From contig NW_026938807.1 in the NCBI RefSeq assembly GCF_032062105.1, forward strand, positions 372,001-436,000: a DNA stretch of 64,000 bases, written 5' to 3'. The stretch's first letter is position 1. Every line of letters begins with the position of its first letter. Of this stretch, positions 1 to 12,650 are shown piece after piece. The stretch comes from Saccostrea cucullata. Taxonomy: Eukaryota. Under the pieces are notes generated by a model, which worked only from the letters and a program-made list of their open reading frames with translations, made no database searches and had not been told where the DNA came from. The position numbers were made by a program, and so were the translations under genes.

Positions 1-77
1 GTCAAAAATTCTTTAGCAATCAATCCTCTTTGGGCATCACAAAATTAAAATTGAAAGAGTATATACTATATTATACA

Positions 78-556
78 GAACTTATACTGCCTCGCTAGTG
101 AGCTAGCTTTCTGGTGAGTTTCCATTTCAAGCAAGTTAAGCAACGGCAAGCATGTTTAACCCTTGGAAGTTGACGGACTTCATGTTACAAAACTGATGGC
201 AGCATCATGATTCTGGTGTTTGGTGACCTGCTTCAGGAAGTCTTAGAGCTAGGAATTTATGTCCATTTACAAAGTTTGTGTCTGTGGACGGCAGGGGTTG
301 TTGTGACTGAAGAGGTTCTAGGCCTACTTCAGGAAGCTTTATGGGTAGGATTTTGTGTCTACGTACAGACTTCGTGTCCAGGAACGGCAATGGTTGCTGT
401 TACTGAAGAGGGTCAAACACTCAGTCCGAACTCATGCTAAGCTTTGGGTCAAAGCTTCCCTGAGCGGAAGGAAGTGAAGCAAACAGTATATAGGGAACTT
501 GTACTGCCTCGCTAGCAGCTAACTTTCGAGTGATGCTTATTTCAGGTAAGTTTTAA
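78..556. repeat. Diverged nested tandem duplications (~417-bp spacing, containing two ~97-bp subrepeats)
   Basis: GAACTT(A/G)TACTGCCTCGCTAG at ~78 and ~495. CTTCAGGAAG...ACTGAAGAGG at ~230-312 and ~327-411. The second large copy continues at 1417-1478 after the transposon. Confidence 0.65.
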
Positions 557-1416
557 CATACATGTTAACCTATTGTGATGAAAAAGAGGGAGATTCAGAC
601 CTCAAAAGCGGTAGTATTGCGCACGTGTTGTTTAACGCTTGGATTATCGATATCTTTCATGTAATATACATGTATATTATAAGCCATTTTGAAATCTTAC
701 CTACACTAATTTATCTTAAATATCAACAGCAATAAGAAGACAGAAACACCTTAAGTTTGACATAAATTGTACAAATTCAAATATTTTTCATGCTCATCAT
801 TTTGCTTGGATTGGCTGCTTTACTTAGCCTTTTGAAGAGTGATCTTTGCTGAAATAGCCTAGAAGCAATAATTCTGAATGTTCATTCAGTTTTTAAACAA
901 AACAAATGATGGCATGGTTTAATCTAGATCTAAAACAGGTTCGTATCTTTCGTTATATAAATCAGATCGAAAACGAAAGTAGAGACACATGGCTTGGTCA
1001 ATCGAGTGATTTCTATTGACTTTATTGATAAAGTTGTGAGCTTCTGTGCTTTTGAAGACGATGTCAAATGTTTTCATCTAATTCTTAAAAGCTGTATCTC
1101 ATTTTTCATGGCAGGGATGTTGATTAATTTATCGTAACCAATGTAATCACTGGTAGTCTTATGTTGTTGTCGTTGTCAAATCCGTGCTTGAAATCTATGC
1201 ACAAAAAAAGCGTTTGTATGATTGCGAGTCAAATCACGCGATATCTAGCGAGATTTTATGAGAGTGGCTTCAAAAATGGATACCCAAGCGAACCAAAAAT
1301 ACTTTAGACGCAGCTTTTGTAGAAAAGCGGTAGATTTCATTGAATTAAATCGGTAGGCGGGAGATGGAGTAAAAAGCGGTAGACTCCCGCCTAAATCGGG
1401 AGAGTTAACATGTATG
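557..1416. mobile_element. 860-bp non-autonomous DNA transposon (P-element/hAT-like MITE)
   Basis: 13-bp TIRs CATACATGTTAAC (557-569) / GTTAACATGTATG (1404-1416), flanked by a 7-bp direct repeat GTTTTAA (550-556, 1417-1423). Excising it rejoins a sequence matching the copy at ~125-190. Confidence 0.8.
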
Positions 1417-1913
1417 GTTTTAAGCAACAGCAAGCATGTTCAACCTTTGGATGGATGACTGCTCCACATTACAAATGGTTCAATTTCCACATATGAGTAG
1501 TCACACACTTGTGACTTTTCTGTCTATTTCGTTAAAAATATTTGAAAAAAAACTATATTGAAATTCTTTTCAAGCTATTTCAAATAGTAAATCTATTGAA
1601 CAACATGATAATTGAATAACTTAATAAAGCTTTATTGTTGATTCAAACTATGTAATACTAAATCAAAAGACTGTTTGATATGTAATTGAGAGTTTCTCAG
1701 AAGACAAATAAGGGGTCAGCCACCTCCTACAATAATTGACTGCATGAAAGTGTATTTGTAAAAATAATTTGCACACATTCCTACATGATTTCTAGAAATT
1801 CAAACGAGAACAAACAATCTCAACACCATTTCTATATTTTCCTTGTTTTCTGTTGAAATTCAAAATAGCAAGACTCTTTTAAAACACTAGAAATCTCTTT
1901 CTAAAAAGGATAT

Positions 1914-1950
1914 CTACCAAAATTTGATTTCCAATCATGGAAGCCGCCAT
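1914..1950 (-). CDS. Probable first coding exon (MAASMIGNQILV-) of an unidentified gene divergent from FAM92
   Basis: Minus strand AAAAATGGCGGCTTCCATG (YY1-type/strong start context), 37 nt open, then ATATCCTTT (U12 AT-AC donor) at 1913-1905. No second exon was identified in the window. Confidence 0.45.
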
Positions 1951-2225
1951 TTTTAAATAATTTTAAATTAACTCGAACATCGAATGTTTCATACTTTTTA
2001 AATCTCATTTAAGGAGACGCAGACATACATTCCAATATTTGGTCACTTTTGATGGCATTTTTTCTAAATAAAAAGAAATGAATAATATTTGTATGTCTGA
2101 AGAGGGTTAAATAATTTAACGTTGGAAATTTAAATCGGAACTCTTCTATATAGAAAACAACATTTGGTGTAATGAGGAATTTCAGAGGTTTTTCGGTCTG
2201 TTTTGTGTTGTAGGGAAAAAAAAAG

Positions 2226-5200
2226 ATGAGCAGAACGGGTGCAGAAATACGTGCAAGGTAAACGATTGATTAACCTTTATGTTCGCTTATACTCATTACT
2301 TTATGACAATTATGAATGATCATTTATTAAGTCGGATAAGCGGAGGGCTTCTGTTTCATGATTTGACTTGTTTGCAAGTTTGTTTACTCAAGGTATGGGT
2401 CCCAGGGACCAGGGCAGTAAACTGAGATAAATACAGTATAAATTAATAAGTTATTTGTTCTTACTTTCAAGACAATTATTTGTTTTATTATAAGATTTGT
2501 CATTTCTCATTTATTGAGACAAGAATTGATGTTCCTTGGTTCAGAGTTCCTGACCCAGCCAAGGTTAGAACAAGTTGGTCTTAAAATGGAAATGCATCAC
2601 ATCTTTAATCAGAAGTCAGATTATTTAGCATGTTTAACAGGCAAACTCGTGGCATAATTTTAATGACCAAGTTGATGTCGACTAAGATTGTGAAGTTCTT
2701 GTTCCCGAGGTCCACTATATATGTGGGGGTAGGGAGTTGGTTAAACTGAAATTCTTTGTCTGTCAGACAAATACTTATAAGATTGTACTGTACAGTTAGT
2801 GTCATAGTAATGGACTTAATATCAGGTGTTTAACACACATATAATGGTATGGGTGTACTTAGAATAATCTAACTCAGTGTCTCAGGAAAAATCAGGTCTC
2901 TAAGACATTTATCATTTTAATGATGGAACATTTATCTATAGGGTGTACTAAATAAGCACTTAACAGTAATTTTTAAATTAGAATAAATTTAGGGTGTTTG
3001 AAGACTGCTTTCAGAGTATATGGTCTTGTAAAAGTTTACAACAGCAAATAAAATCTTAACTTAAGAAATTCTGTGATATATATGTCAATTAGAGTTTTAT
3101 ATGCTTTTAAGCAAACAAAAACCAAACCAAAGAAGCTGGATTAAACGAATGATGGGTAATGATTCTAAAGGGCAGTCCAGGTATATTGTTATGTTACATT
3201 CTTTGTTTATTTTGGCTAGCATAGATTATGTTTGTACTCCAGAGAGGCATGTTATTATTTCTCCTGCTTTTATCACTTGTGCATGTGAATTGTATAGTAA
3301 GGACAGCATGTTGCATGAGCATGACAGAGACAATACCTGTACATGTGGGGGAAAGGGGGTACCTTCATTTAGAATTTGGTTGTATACAATATCTGATATT
3401 GTAACCATGTTTGATATGCATATACCTAGTATTTAATATTGCTTGCTTGTAAAAAAAAAAATGATTTCAGGGATTATATATTTTTTTATTGCGATATTAT
3501 AATAATACTTAGTTTTGTAAATGCATTATTTACAGTCCTATTATTATAAGGTAATTTATTTGATAATGTTTTATTTTAGGTAGATATACTAATATCATTA
3601 ATTACTACCTGTACCAAAATGTTATACCTCAAATATGAAAAATATTAATGTTAACCATTTGAATGCTGCTCCATTAAAAATGATAAACCTAATTTTTAAT
3701 GCTTTTCCTTTTTACTACCATTAAATGGCTAGAATAGACCTACTGCATGTCTTGATTCATGTAATTTCTTGAAATGTAATTAATTTATCATTTGGATTAA
3801 ATGTGCAGCTGCTAAACTAAAAATCTGTGTTATTATGTTTGGTGTTGGGTCTCAAATGAAACAAATCTGTTGATGTAAAACAAACACATGAAAAAAAAAA
3901 TGAAAAGCAGAAGTATTAAATGCTCAAAAACCAAAAATGGCTGATGTAATATGCTATGAAAGAATGAATCATTGACAAATGCTGTAACACATTTCATCTT
4001 TAGCCCATTAGAATATACATACATCCTTACCATGCTTACCATTTAAATTATAATGCATGTTATTGATACTCATACAATTGTTGACTGTGACAATACAATG
4101 ATGAATAACTAGTTCTCATTGCAAGTGATTAAGACAAATCAATGTTGTTTATTTATGTACCATTTACACATGTTTGTGTACCCAGGTGCATGTTTATATT
4201 TGAAATATTTATGTCTACTTTTGTCCATGGTATTATTACATGTATTTATTTTGGTAAACTGAAATTATTAACAAACCTCGAATTTATTATTGAAATAATG
4301 TATAATGGGAAATTTTAGTGACCTTTCAATTTTAGCTTATATTAGCAATATAGCTACAGAAATGCTGTTCCCTGGTTGAGAAAATTTTGTCAGATAATAC
4401 TAGTTCATCTGTCCAAATTTTCTCAGTTAGAGAGGGAAATTCCTGGAATGCTTGAAAATGAATGTCTCTAAAAAATTATAGCTCAAATATTGTCGTTTGC
4501 TGGTCACTAAAATAACCCATTATATAGTATCTATATTGATATGCCTTCAATTGCTCTTATTATTGTTTAATTATTTTATCCTAATGGTCAACAGATATGA
4601 AGTAAATTAATGTTATTATTCTTTTTACCCTTTTAAATTTTGTATTCTCAGTATCATTTAACTAAAAACCTTTCAATATGATAAATCTATATTTTAAAAG
4701 GACACGTAAATTATTTTTGCAAAACATGTATCATGTGTATATCAGATTTCTGCCTGAACTTTAATATTTTTTCTGCATCTGATCTTGCAGTGAGAACAAA
4801 GTCAAGCTGATACAAGAGCGTATAAACCTTGTGGAGCGACACTTTGGTCAGCTGTGTGATGATGTGGCATCTTACACGCGGAAATGTGCCCGCCTCAGGG
4901 ATAAAGGTAAAATATAGCAGTGTGTGACGATGTGGCATCTTACACACGGAAATGTGCCCGCCTCAGGGATAAAGGTAAAACAGCATCTCAGTATCATCAT
5001 TAACATCAGTAATGGTACCTTTCAGGATAAAGGTAAAATAGGTAAAATAACAACTGAAACATCAATGAAGGAAGCTTTTATGATAAAGGGAGAAATATCA
5101 GCTGTCTTATCAGTAAAGGCCTTTAGAATAAAGTAATTAATGTAGCAGTGCTATTACATCATAAAGGTAGGCTATTAAAGATAAATAGATTCTGTTCTCT

Positions 5201-8200
5201 CTCTCAAGAAAGCATTAGGGACAATATAAATCATTAATCGTCATTATTATGTAGGTGAAAGAAGTCTAATATTAGTAATTGTAATTGTCAAGGTTAGACA
5301 CTCTGTATTCTGTGATTATTAAACACAGAGCAACCAATGTCTCTCCTGCATATGCCCTAAACTTTCTGAATGCTGAATACAAAGTTATAAAAGTAATCAA
5401 TTTTCTGTATGTCAAGGTAAAGGGAGTATCAAGATCACTTACTATGTCTTATCATCTTGCAAAATAAAAATCATTTACATATTTGAATGTTAGAACAATA
5501 TGGAAGATAAGAATTCTTGTCTGGACAAGGTGGTAATAGAAAAGCATGAGGATCATTCAGTGTATATTCCTTCAATGGAGACATAATACACTGTATAAAG
5601 TAGTCGCAATTAAGATTTCCTAAAAGAGGAATGAATCAATCCTAGCTGTGATCTTCCTCTAGGTTGACAATTGCTTGATACTGCCTTACTGGGTGTCACT
5701 TTAGAAGCTCTAGTGTATGTTGCCATAAGATATTGTCCTACATCCATAAAAACTACAATGAACATCATGAACATACAAGTATAATTTTGCTTTGCTGTAG
5801 GTGATCAGATAGCGAAGGACCTGGTGGATTATACAGATGCTGAGACCTATAACCCCAGTATGGTCAGGTCACTGTCAGAGTTTGCTTCAAATCTGTCTTC
5901 AGTTCAGGACTACAGACAAGCTCAGGTACAGACTTATTAGATGACTGTAAACAAGCTCAGGTACAGATTGGTGACAATGTCTTATTACATGACTGTAAAC
6001 AAGCTCAGGTACAGATTGACGACAGTGTCTTATTACTTGACTGTAAACAAGATCAGGTACAGATTGCTGACAATGTCTTATTACATGACTGTAAACAAGA
6101 TCAGGTACAGATTGGTGACAGTGTCTTATTACATGACTGTAAACAAGCTCAGGTACAGATTGGTGACAGTGTCTTATTACTTGACTGTAAACAAGATCAG
6201 GTACAGATTGATGACAGTGTCTTATTACATGACTGTAAACAAGCTCAGGTACAGATTGGTGACAGTGTCTTATTATATGACTGTAAACAAGCTCAGGTAC
6301 AAATTGTTGACATTGTCTTATTACATGACTGTAAACAAGATCAGGTACAGATTGCTGACAATGTCTTATTACATGACTGTAAACAAGATCAGGTACAGAT
6401 TGGTGACAGTGTCTTATTACATGACTGTAAACAAGATCAGGTACAGGTTGCTGACAAGCTCAGGTACAGATTGGTGACAATGTCTTATTACATGACTATA
6501 AACAAGATGAGGTACAGGTTGGTGACAGTGTCTTATTACATGACTGTAAACAAGCTCAGGTACAGATTGGTGACAGTGTCTTATTACATGACTGTAAACA
6601 AGCTCAGGTACAGATTGGTGACAGTGTCTTATTACATGACTGTAAACAAGCTCAGGTACAGATTGGTGACAGTGTCTTATTACATGACTGTAAACAAGAT
6701 CAGGTACAGATTGGAGACATTGTTTTGTTCTGTGACAAGCTCGGGTATGGATGGATGACATCGTCTGGTTACATGATTGCAAACAAGAATAGTTACAGTC
6801 AACAGACATTGTCAGATTACAGTTTTATTAACAAGTTCAGGTTCAGATAGGAGACATTGCCTAATTTCAATACTTTAATCAAGCTCAGGTATAAAAAGGT
6901 GACATCATGTTTTCCATGACTTTAAACAGCTCAGGTATAGAAAGGTAACTGAACAAGCTTAGTTAATTGTAAAATGACATTATCATATTATGAGATTGCA
7001 TTGTTAAATGACATTGCCTCACTGCAAGACACATATGGTTTATTGAAGAAATTATATCCACTTTTTATTTTTGAACCAGAATTTATGGGGTTCTTCTTTC
7101 TTCTCTGTTAGTCAAGATTTGTCTAGAAAACAAATCTTAGTCCTATAAGGATTGCTTTTGTTAATTTTTTAATACATTTAGATATAAATGATTAATTTCA
7201 TGACATTAAAAAGTATCATTCTTCAATGTAGGTAACAAGGCTGGAAGCCAAGGTTCTAACACCTCTTGCAAATTATGGACTAAAATGTAAACAAGCTAAA
7301 AATGATATCAAGGAGGGAATGAAGACACAAGAACTAGAAGTCACCCAGCGTAAGAAGCTGGAAAAACTGCGACAGAAAGCACCTGCTAACAGAGCCCAGC
7401 TGACAATGGCCGAGACAGAGCTACAGAAAGCCAGCGTCAAGGCATCAGCCATCACAAAGAATCTAGAACAGCTGATTGATAAATTTGAGGAGGAGAAATT
7501 AAAAGATCTAAAGGTATATTGGATAGGAACAGATGGATATCACACATTTACATAAAGTATTTCCTACTGCAAAATAATGTTAATACACATGTACTTATCG
7601 ATATAGGGAGATCATTGTGGATAATGTTTAATTTGATTTTATTAAACCAGTATTTCATTATCATTCATTCCTTACAGAAACAAAATGAATAAAGTGTTCC
7701 ATAATGATAAACAATTGTACATCTGAATATACATATATTTATAGTACATGAAATAGTAATCTTGTGATTTTATGCTCAGAGTTATGAAATAATTTATTTT
7801 TGTTTCACTTCAACAGAAAATATTGACAGACTTTGTCAACATTGAGATGATCTACCATGCCAAAGCTTTAGAAATGTACACAGAATGTTTCCAGAATATT
7901 AAATCATTTGATTTGGATGAAGACGTAGAGGTATAAACAGTGTAAAATTAATCAGATATGTTTTCTAAAGCCAGTTTGAGACTCAGGTGGGATTCACTTC
8001 TGGAAGTTGGTCCATCCATTTTAAATATGTTATATGTATCTGCATATTGAATTAATTAGTAAAATTAATTTGGATATAGATTTCTTAAAGGCCAAGAATT
8101 TTTTCAATTTCTTGATTCATATAAAGTTATCATATATTCATTACTAGTACATTGTAACTTTTTAATTCATTAGGAATTTAGGTCCAAAATGCAGCCATCA

Positions 8201-10196
8201 AATTCTGCCACCAGAATGAACATGGTGAGGTCTTCCTCATACACATCGCTGGAGTCAGCGGAGGACCGCCCCCCACCGTCCAATCTCCGACGACAACAGT
8301 CGGCCCCCACCAGCCGTAATGTCACCCCCACCAAGTCAGCCAACACTAGTGCCTCATTACCTCTCAAGTCCACTGTGGATTCCAGGGTACAACCATATGT
8401 TTTATGCTCATCTAGGCCTTTCTCGTCAAAATGTGTCTTACTTTTTTAAAACAAAAATTCACAATCTTAAAAATTCCTAAAAGTGTAAATGGAGACAATT
8501 TTATTATTCTATTCTATACGTTTTCGTCTGTCGTCGTGCGTCGTGTGTCGTGTGTTAACATTTGAACATTTTCAGCTTCTTCTCTGCATTTACTAAAACC
8601 AATTTCAACCAAATTTGGTATACAGCATTAATGGGTGAAGGGGAACAAAAATTGTGAATTTCATGGTCCTTGCCCCCGTGGGTACTCGTGGGTGGGGCCA
8701 AAACCACTAAAATTAGTGCAATCAAAAAAATAATCTTCAAGTGGTATTTCTAAAATTACTCCTGGACATCAAAAAGTCAAACTGTTGGCATGAATGAAAT
8801 GAGCATTGAGTCCTCTACCAAAATTTTGAAATTCATGGCCCCAGGGTCAGGGGTTCTAGTGTTAGGGTGGGGCTATATAGATTATATAGTGAAAATACAT
8901 TAATTCTTAGAAAATCTTCTTCTCTGCTTCTGGGTATTTAATAAACTAACTAAGTACATAGTTATGGTGAGCAAGAGTGCTTCTTTCAAAGTTATGAAAT
9001 TCATGGCCCCAGGGTCAGGGGTTCTAGTGCTAGGGCGGGGCTCTATAGATTTTATAGTGAAAAGACATTAATTCTTAGAAAATCTTCTTCTCTGCTTCTG
9101 GGTATTAAATAAACTAAACTAAGTACATAGTTATCATGAGTCTCAAGACCACCCTATTTTTTGGCTGGTTCATGGCCCCTGGGTCAGGGGTTTTGTCATT
9201 TGGTGTGTGTGTGGGGGGGGGGGGGCTCTAATAATTGATTATATAGTGAAAATATATTAATTCTTAGAAAATCTTTTCCTTTGCTCCTAGGTATTATGCC
9301 AATGATCTAAGTATATATATTTATGATGAGGAAAGGTGCATCTAGCATCGAGCAAAATGATTACTTTCATGCCCTGTGGGTCAAGTATTTTGGGGAGGGG
9401 GGGGTATTACATAGTCTGAAAATAAATCAATGCTTTGAAATCTGCTCTTTGGTATTAATCAACCATTTATGATGAAATAAAATTTGATAAAATTTCCAAA
9501 ATTTTGAAATATTTGGCCCAGGGTCAGTGGTTCCTGTGGGGTGGGGTGCACAACTGGTTATAAAGTGGAAGTGCATTTTCTCTTTGTTATTCTGATCTAC
9601 CTCTGGGTATTAAGTAACTAGAGTAAGCATGCTAAGTGTATAATTATGATAAGCAATGGTGCCTCTTTCAAACTTGTGAATTTAAATCATGGCCCCTGGT
9701 TTAAAACGCGAACCAAATTCAATTGTTGGAAAGTTGTTACATGATACTCAGGTGACCTATAAGGCCCGTGGGCCTCTTGTTATATCAAGGGATGTAGAGA
9801 TTCATATTTTAATTACCTGTATTTTCAAGTTACACTGTAGTTTTCTGTGAAAAACTTGAAATGCATGTAAATAGAGCAAATTGAGCACTTGAGCTTGAAG
9901 TCCATGAAAATCACTGTATTATATTACTGGTAATGCATTTAGTACACTATAAATACAATCTGATATTTTAGAATGGTTTGGATGATGAAGAATCGGAGGA
10001 AGATGAAGATGATGAAGAGGAATCTGATGACGACGACGATGATGATGATGATGATGATGACGATGAATACACAGAGACGGAGACAGCTCGTACAGAGACA
10101 GCTAGATCCACCGCACGGACAGACAAACCATCAGGTCAATCAGAAAAGACTGTCATTAGGCCGCCCTCTAGTCTGATAAAGAAGGTCTCCCAGTGA
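2226..10196 (+). CDS. CIBAR1: FAM92/CIBAR BAR-domain protein (Chibby interactor, ciliogenesis), ~368 aa
   Basis: GT-AG exons 2226-2257, 4791-4906, 5801-5925, 7232-7513, 7817-7930, 8174-8386, 9972-10196 join in frame (1107 nt). Motifs VERHFGQLC, RKCARLRDKGD, VQDYRQAQVTRLEAKV, AETELQKA, IEMIYHAKALE match FAM92. C-terminal poly-Asp/Glu tract. Confidence 0.93.
4296..4529. mobile_element. MITE (Tc1/mariner-like, TA-flanked), ~230 bp
   Basis: TATAATGGGAAATTTTAGTGACC (4301-4323) is an imperfect inverted repeat of GGTCACTAAAATAACCCATTATA (4502-4524). Internal hairpin at ~4378-4424. Confidence 0.7.
4850..4985 (+). repeat. 68-bp tandem duplication of FAM92 exon-2 3' end plus donor site
   Basis: GATGTGGCATCTTACAC(G/A)CGGAAATGTGCCCGCCTCAGGGATAAAG|GTAAAA occurs twice (GT at 4907 and 4975). 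Decayed ATAAAGG echoes continue to ~5170. Confidence 0.9.
5910..6950 (+). repeat. 48-bp minisatellite seeded on the FAM92 exon-3 donor
   Basis: Unit ATGACTGTAAACAAG(C/A)TCAGGTACAGATTGGTGACAGTGTCTTATTAC. 17 AG|GTACA copies follow the real donor (5926) up to 6704, then decayed copies to ~6940. Confidence 0.95.
8500..9781 (+). mobile_element. Helentron-associated non-autonomous element (HINE-like) with ~166-168 bp satellite array
   Basis: 5' CGT/GTC microsatellite (8525-8555), tandem AAATTCATGGCCCCAGGGTCAGGGGTTCTAG units ~168 bp apart, and 3' end CTCAGGTGACC...AGGCCCGTGGGCCTCTTGTT hairpin. Confidence 0.8.
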
Positions 10197-12492
10197 GGCC
10201 TCAGTGACGGAGAGTCTGTAAATCAAGTCTGATGACATCATCAGTGATTAGTTTGGCCCTCATCAACACAGCTCTGTTAACCAAACACAAGGCATGGATT
10301 CAGGTGGAAAATTAGGCTATGCAATATTTATGTAAGAAATAAGTTTTAATTCTTGTGCCTACTTGTACTTATGAAATTTAAAGGTTTCCTGCCATCTACT
10401 ATTGAAATTTGAAGAGAAGAGATTAGAGATTTATACACTTGGAATTCTGTAAAGTACAATAATTATCATGTATATTAATGCATGTGTATAAGTAAAGTAT
10501 GTCTTAGTTAACTTTTGAGAACACATATATCTTTAATATTTTCAACAAATATTAAGTATTGGTGCTCATGTGATGAACAGAACTGTACTGACAAGTGGTT
10601 GTTTTTGAGAGTCTGAATATTTTGTATACAGTGAATTTATGCATTTTCTGTGAATGGTTCACACATCCGTCCAGCATTTATCAATAACCAAGTTGTTATT
10701 TAGTATTGTGATATTTTAAAGGTTAACAATGTATTTGGTTGTTGATTTTAAGATTACTTTATTAATTGCCAAGAATAACGTGTTATTTATTATATTTCAT
10801 TTCCCTCTTTCGAAAAGTGCATTGACATTTTACTTTTTTGGTTATTCCAGTAAGAAGCTTAATTTATATATGATACTTTTATGATATAAACCCATGTTTA
10901 AAAAATATTTAATGGCAGTTTATATTTTGTGCCATCATCATAATATGTATATTACATAGGATATTTTAATAGGTTGGAAGGAAAAAATACAAGGGTTTTC
11001 TATTAAAAAGCATGAATTTAAAAAAATAATCTCAGGAAATCTATAGATCTTGCATAAATCTATATTTACAACATGAGTACATTTACCAGTACATGTACAA
11101 AGCATATGATCTGCCATCAATATTTTTTGTTAACTACCACTCATTAATATATCATTTTAGTGCAATTGTTATTTATTTTTAAAAAAATATGCCCTTTTAC
11201 AAGAAATTGGTTCACAAATGCAAAATAAATTTTTCAAGAAAATATAATCTAGAGAGCCATTTTGACATGACCAGTTTTGTTGTGTATTTTCAAATATCCT
11301 CATAAAATTCAAATTTTAAAAAAAATCATGCTATTTCCATCAAAAATTTATACTGGTATTTGTAATATCTGCCTTGAAAGGAAATTTAACATTCGTCAAA
11401 AGGGTAGAAAAAAAGAGTTTTTATATGTTATTAGATTATATGGCATAAAAATCAACAGGTTGTGAGACCAAGAAAACCTGCATTTTAGATAACTTTATAA
11501 CAGTATTTCTGGGCCAATTCTTTTTCACCTTGCCACAGTACACTGAATTTCACATTTTGTATTTATTATAATATCATTATAGCATGAGTAAATTTACTAT
11601 TTGTTTCGTAGTATTGTTTTTAATATTTCTTGTTTGCATTTGTGAAAGTTTATACTATAAATATGTAATAGTAACATGTTAGGTATTTTGTCACAAAGAT
11701 TTGAAATCTGGTTTATTATATAGAACCATGAAAGAATAATTTTGGTTTTCTTGTAATCTAAAGAAAGTATCATTTGGGCCCATGTTATTTGTAGCTAATA
11801 TATAAATTTAATTTCAATATTTACTTGCCAGCAGAATAAAGAAAACCTGTACTGCTTGACAAAAATGAACTGTGTAATTGATATGCCATATGTATTTTGC
11901 ACGGTATTACGCACTCCTCTGTTGTTGTTTTTTTTTCAGCCACTCTATTAATATAAAATTGGTAACTTTTTAAATGAATCATTATAATAAAAATTATCAC
12001 TTGAAACTTTATTATAGACAAACGTACAAATTTATACATGTATGTTTTGAGATTGAAGTTACATAGAATCTCATTCTTACAGAATTTTGTTTCATATATT
12101 CTAATGCCTATAGACTCTGATTTGTTTTTATATTATTATTTACAGGTACATACACTTGAAATTTTTCTTTGAATATTAAATTATTATTTGTGTCGAATAT
12201 CGTTTCTGGCAGTGTATTGAGAAATAACTTTTGCACTACGCTGTTAATGCAATGCACAGTCTGTGATGCAAGGACAGATTCTACACACAAATGTTTGATA
12301 AAAAGCAGTTCAATAAAATCATAATTATAGAGAAATATTCTTCTAATTTTTGTAGAGATTAAAGTTACCAATACCAGATTCCTGATGTGTGCAAAAACTT
12401 TGGATTCTCCATGACTTGTTGAATTGTGCTTTCATTTGAATTTTGACAGTACACATCTTTAACAAAATTGTTTGGTTTTACTTCAGAATTAG

Positions 12493-12650
12493 AAACAGAG
12501 GCCTATGGGCCACATCACTCACCTGAGTTTTTAAGCTTCAGCTGGAAAAATGAGAAAAGTTTAAAAATAAATTGGTTTTGGGGAGAGGAGGTCATGATTT
12601 GAAAAACTGGATTCTACATTACTGAGGATGATTCAACATAAATTTCATTT
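12493..12650 (-). mobile_element. HINE-like terminal fragment
   Basis: AACAGAGGCCTATGGGCCACATCACTCACCTGAG is the reverse complement of the terminus type seen at 9747-9781. Confidence 0.6.

Noticed and set aside
300-435. Hammerhead ribozyme around CTGAAGA motifs
   Set aside because: No convincing stems or GAAA core.
5941-6809. Repetitive ORFs (MTVNKLRYRL..., VYSHVIRHCHQ...) as independent genes
   Set aside because: By-products of a 48-bp (3n) intronic minisatellite.
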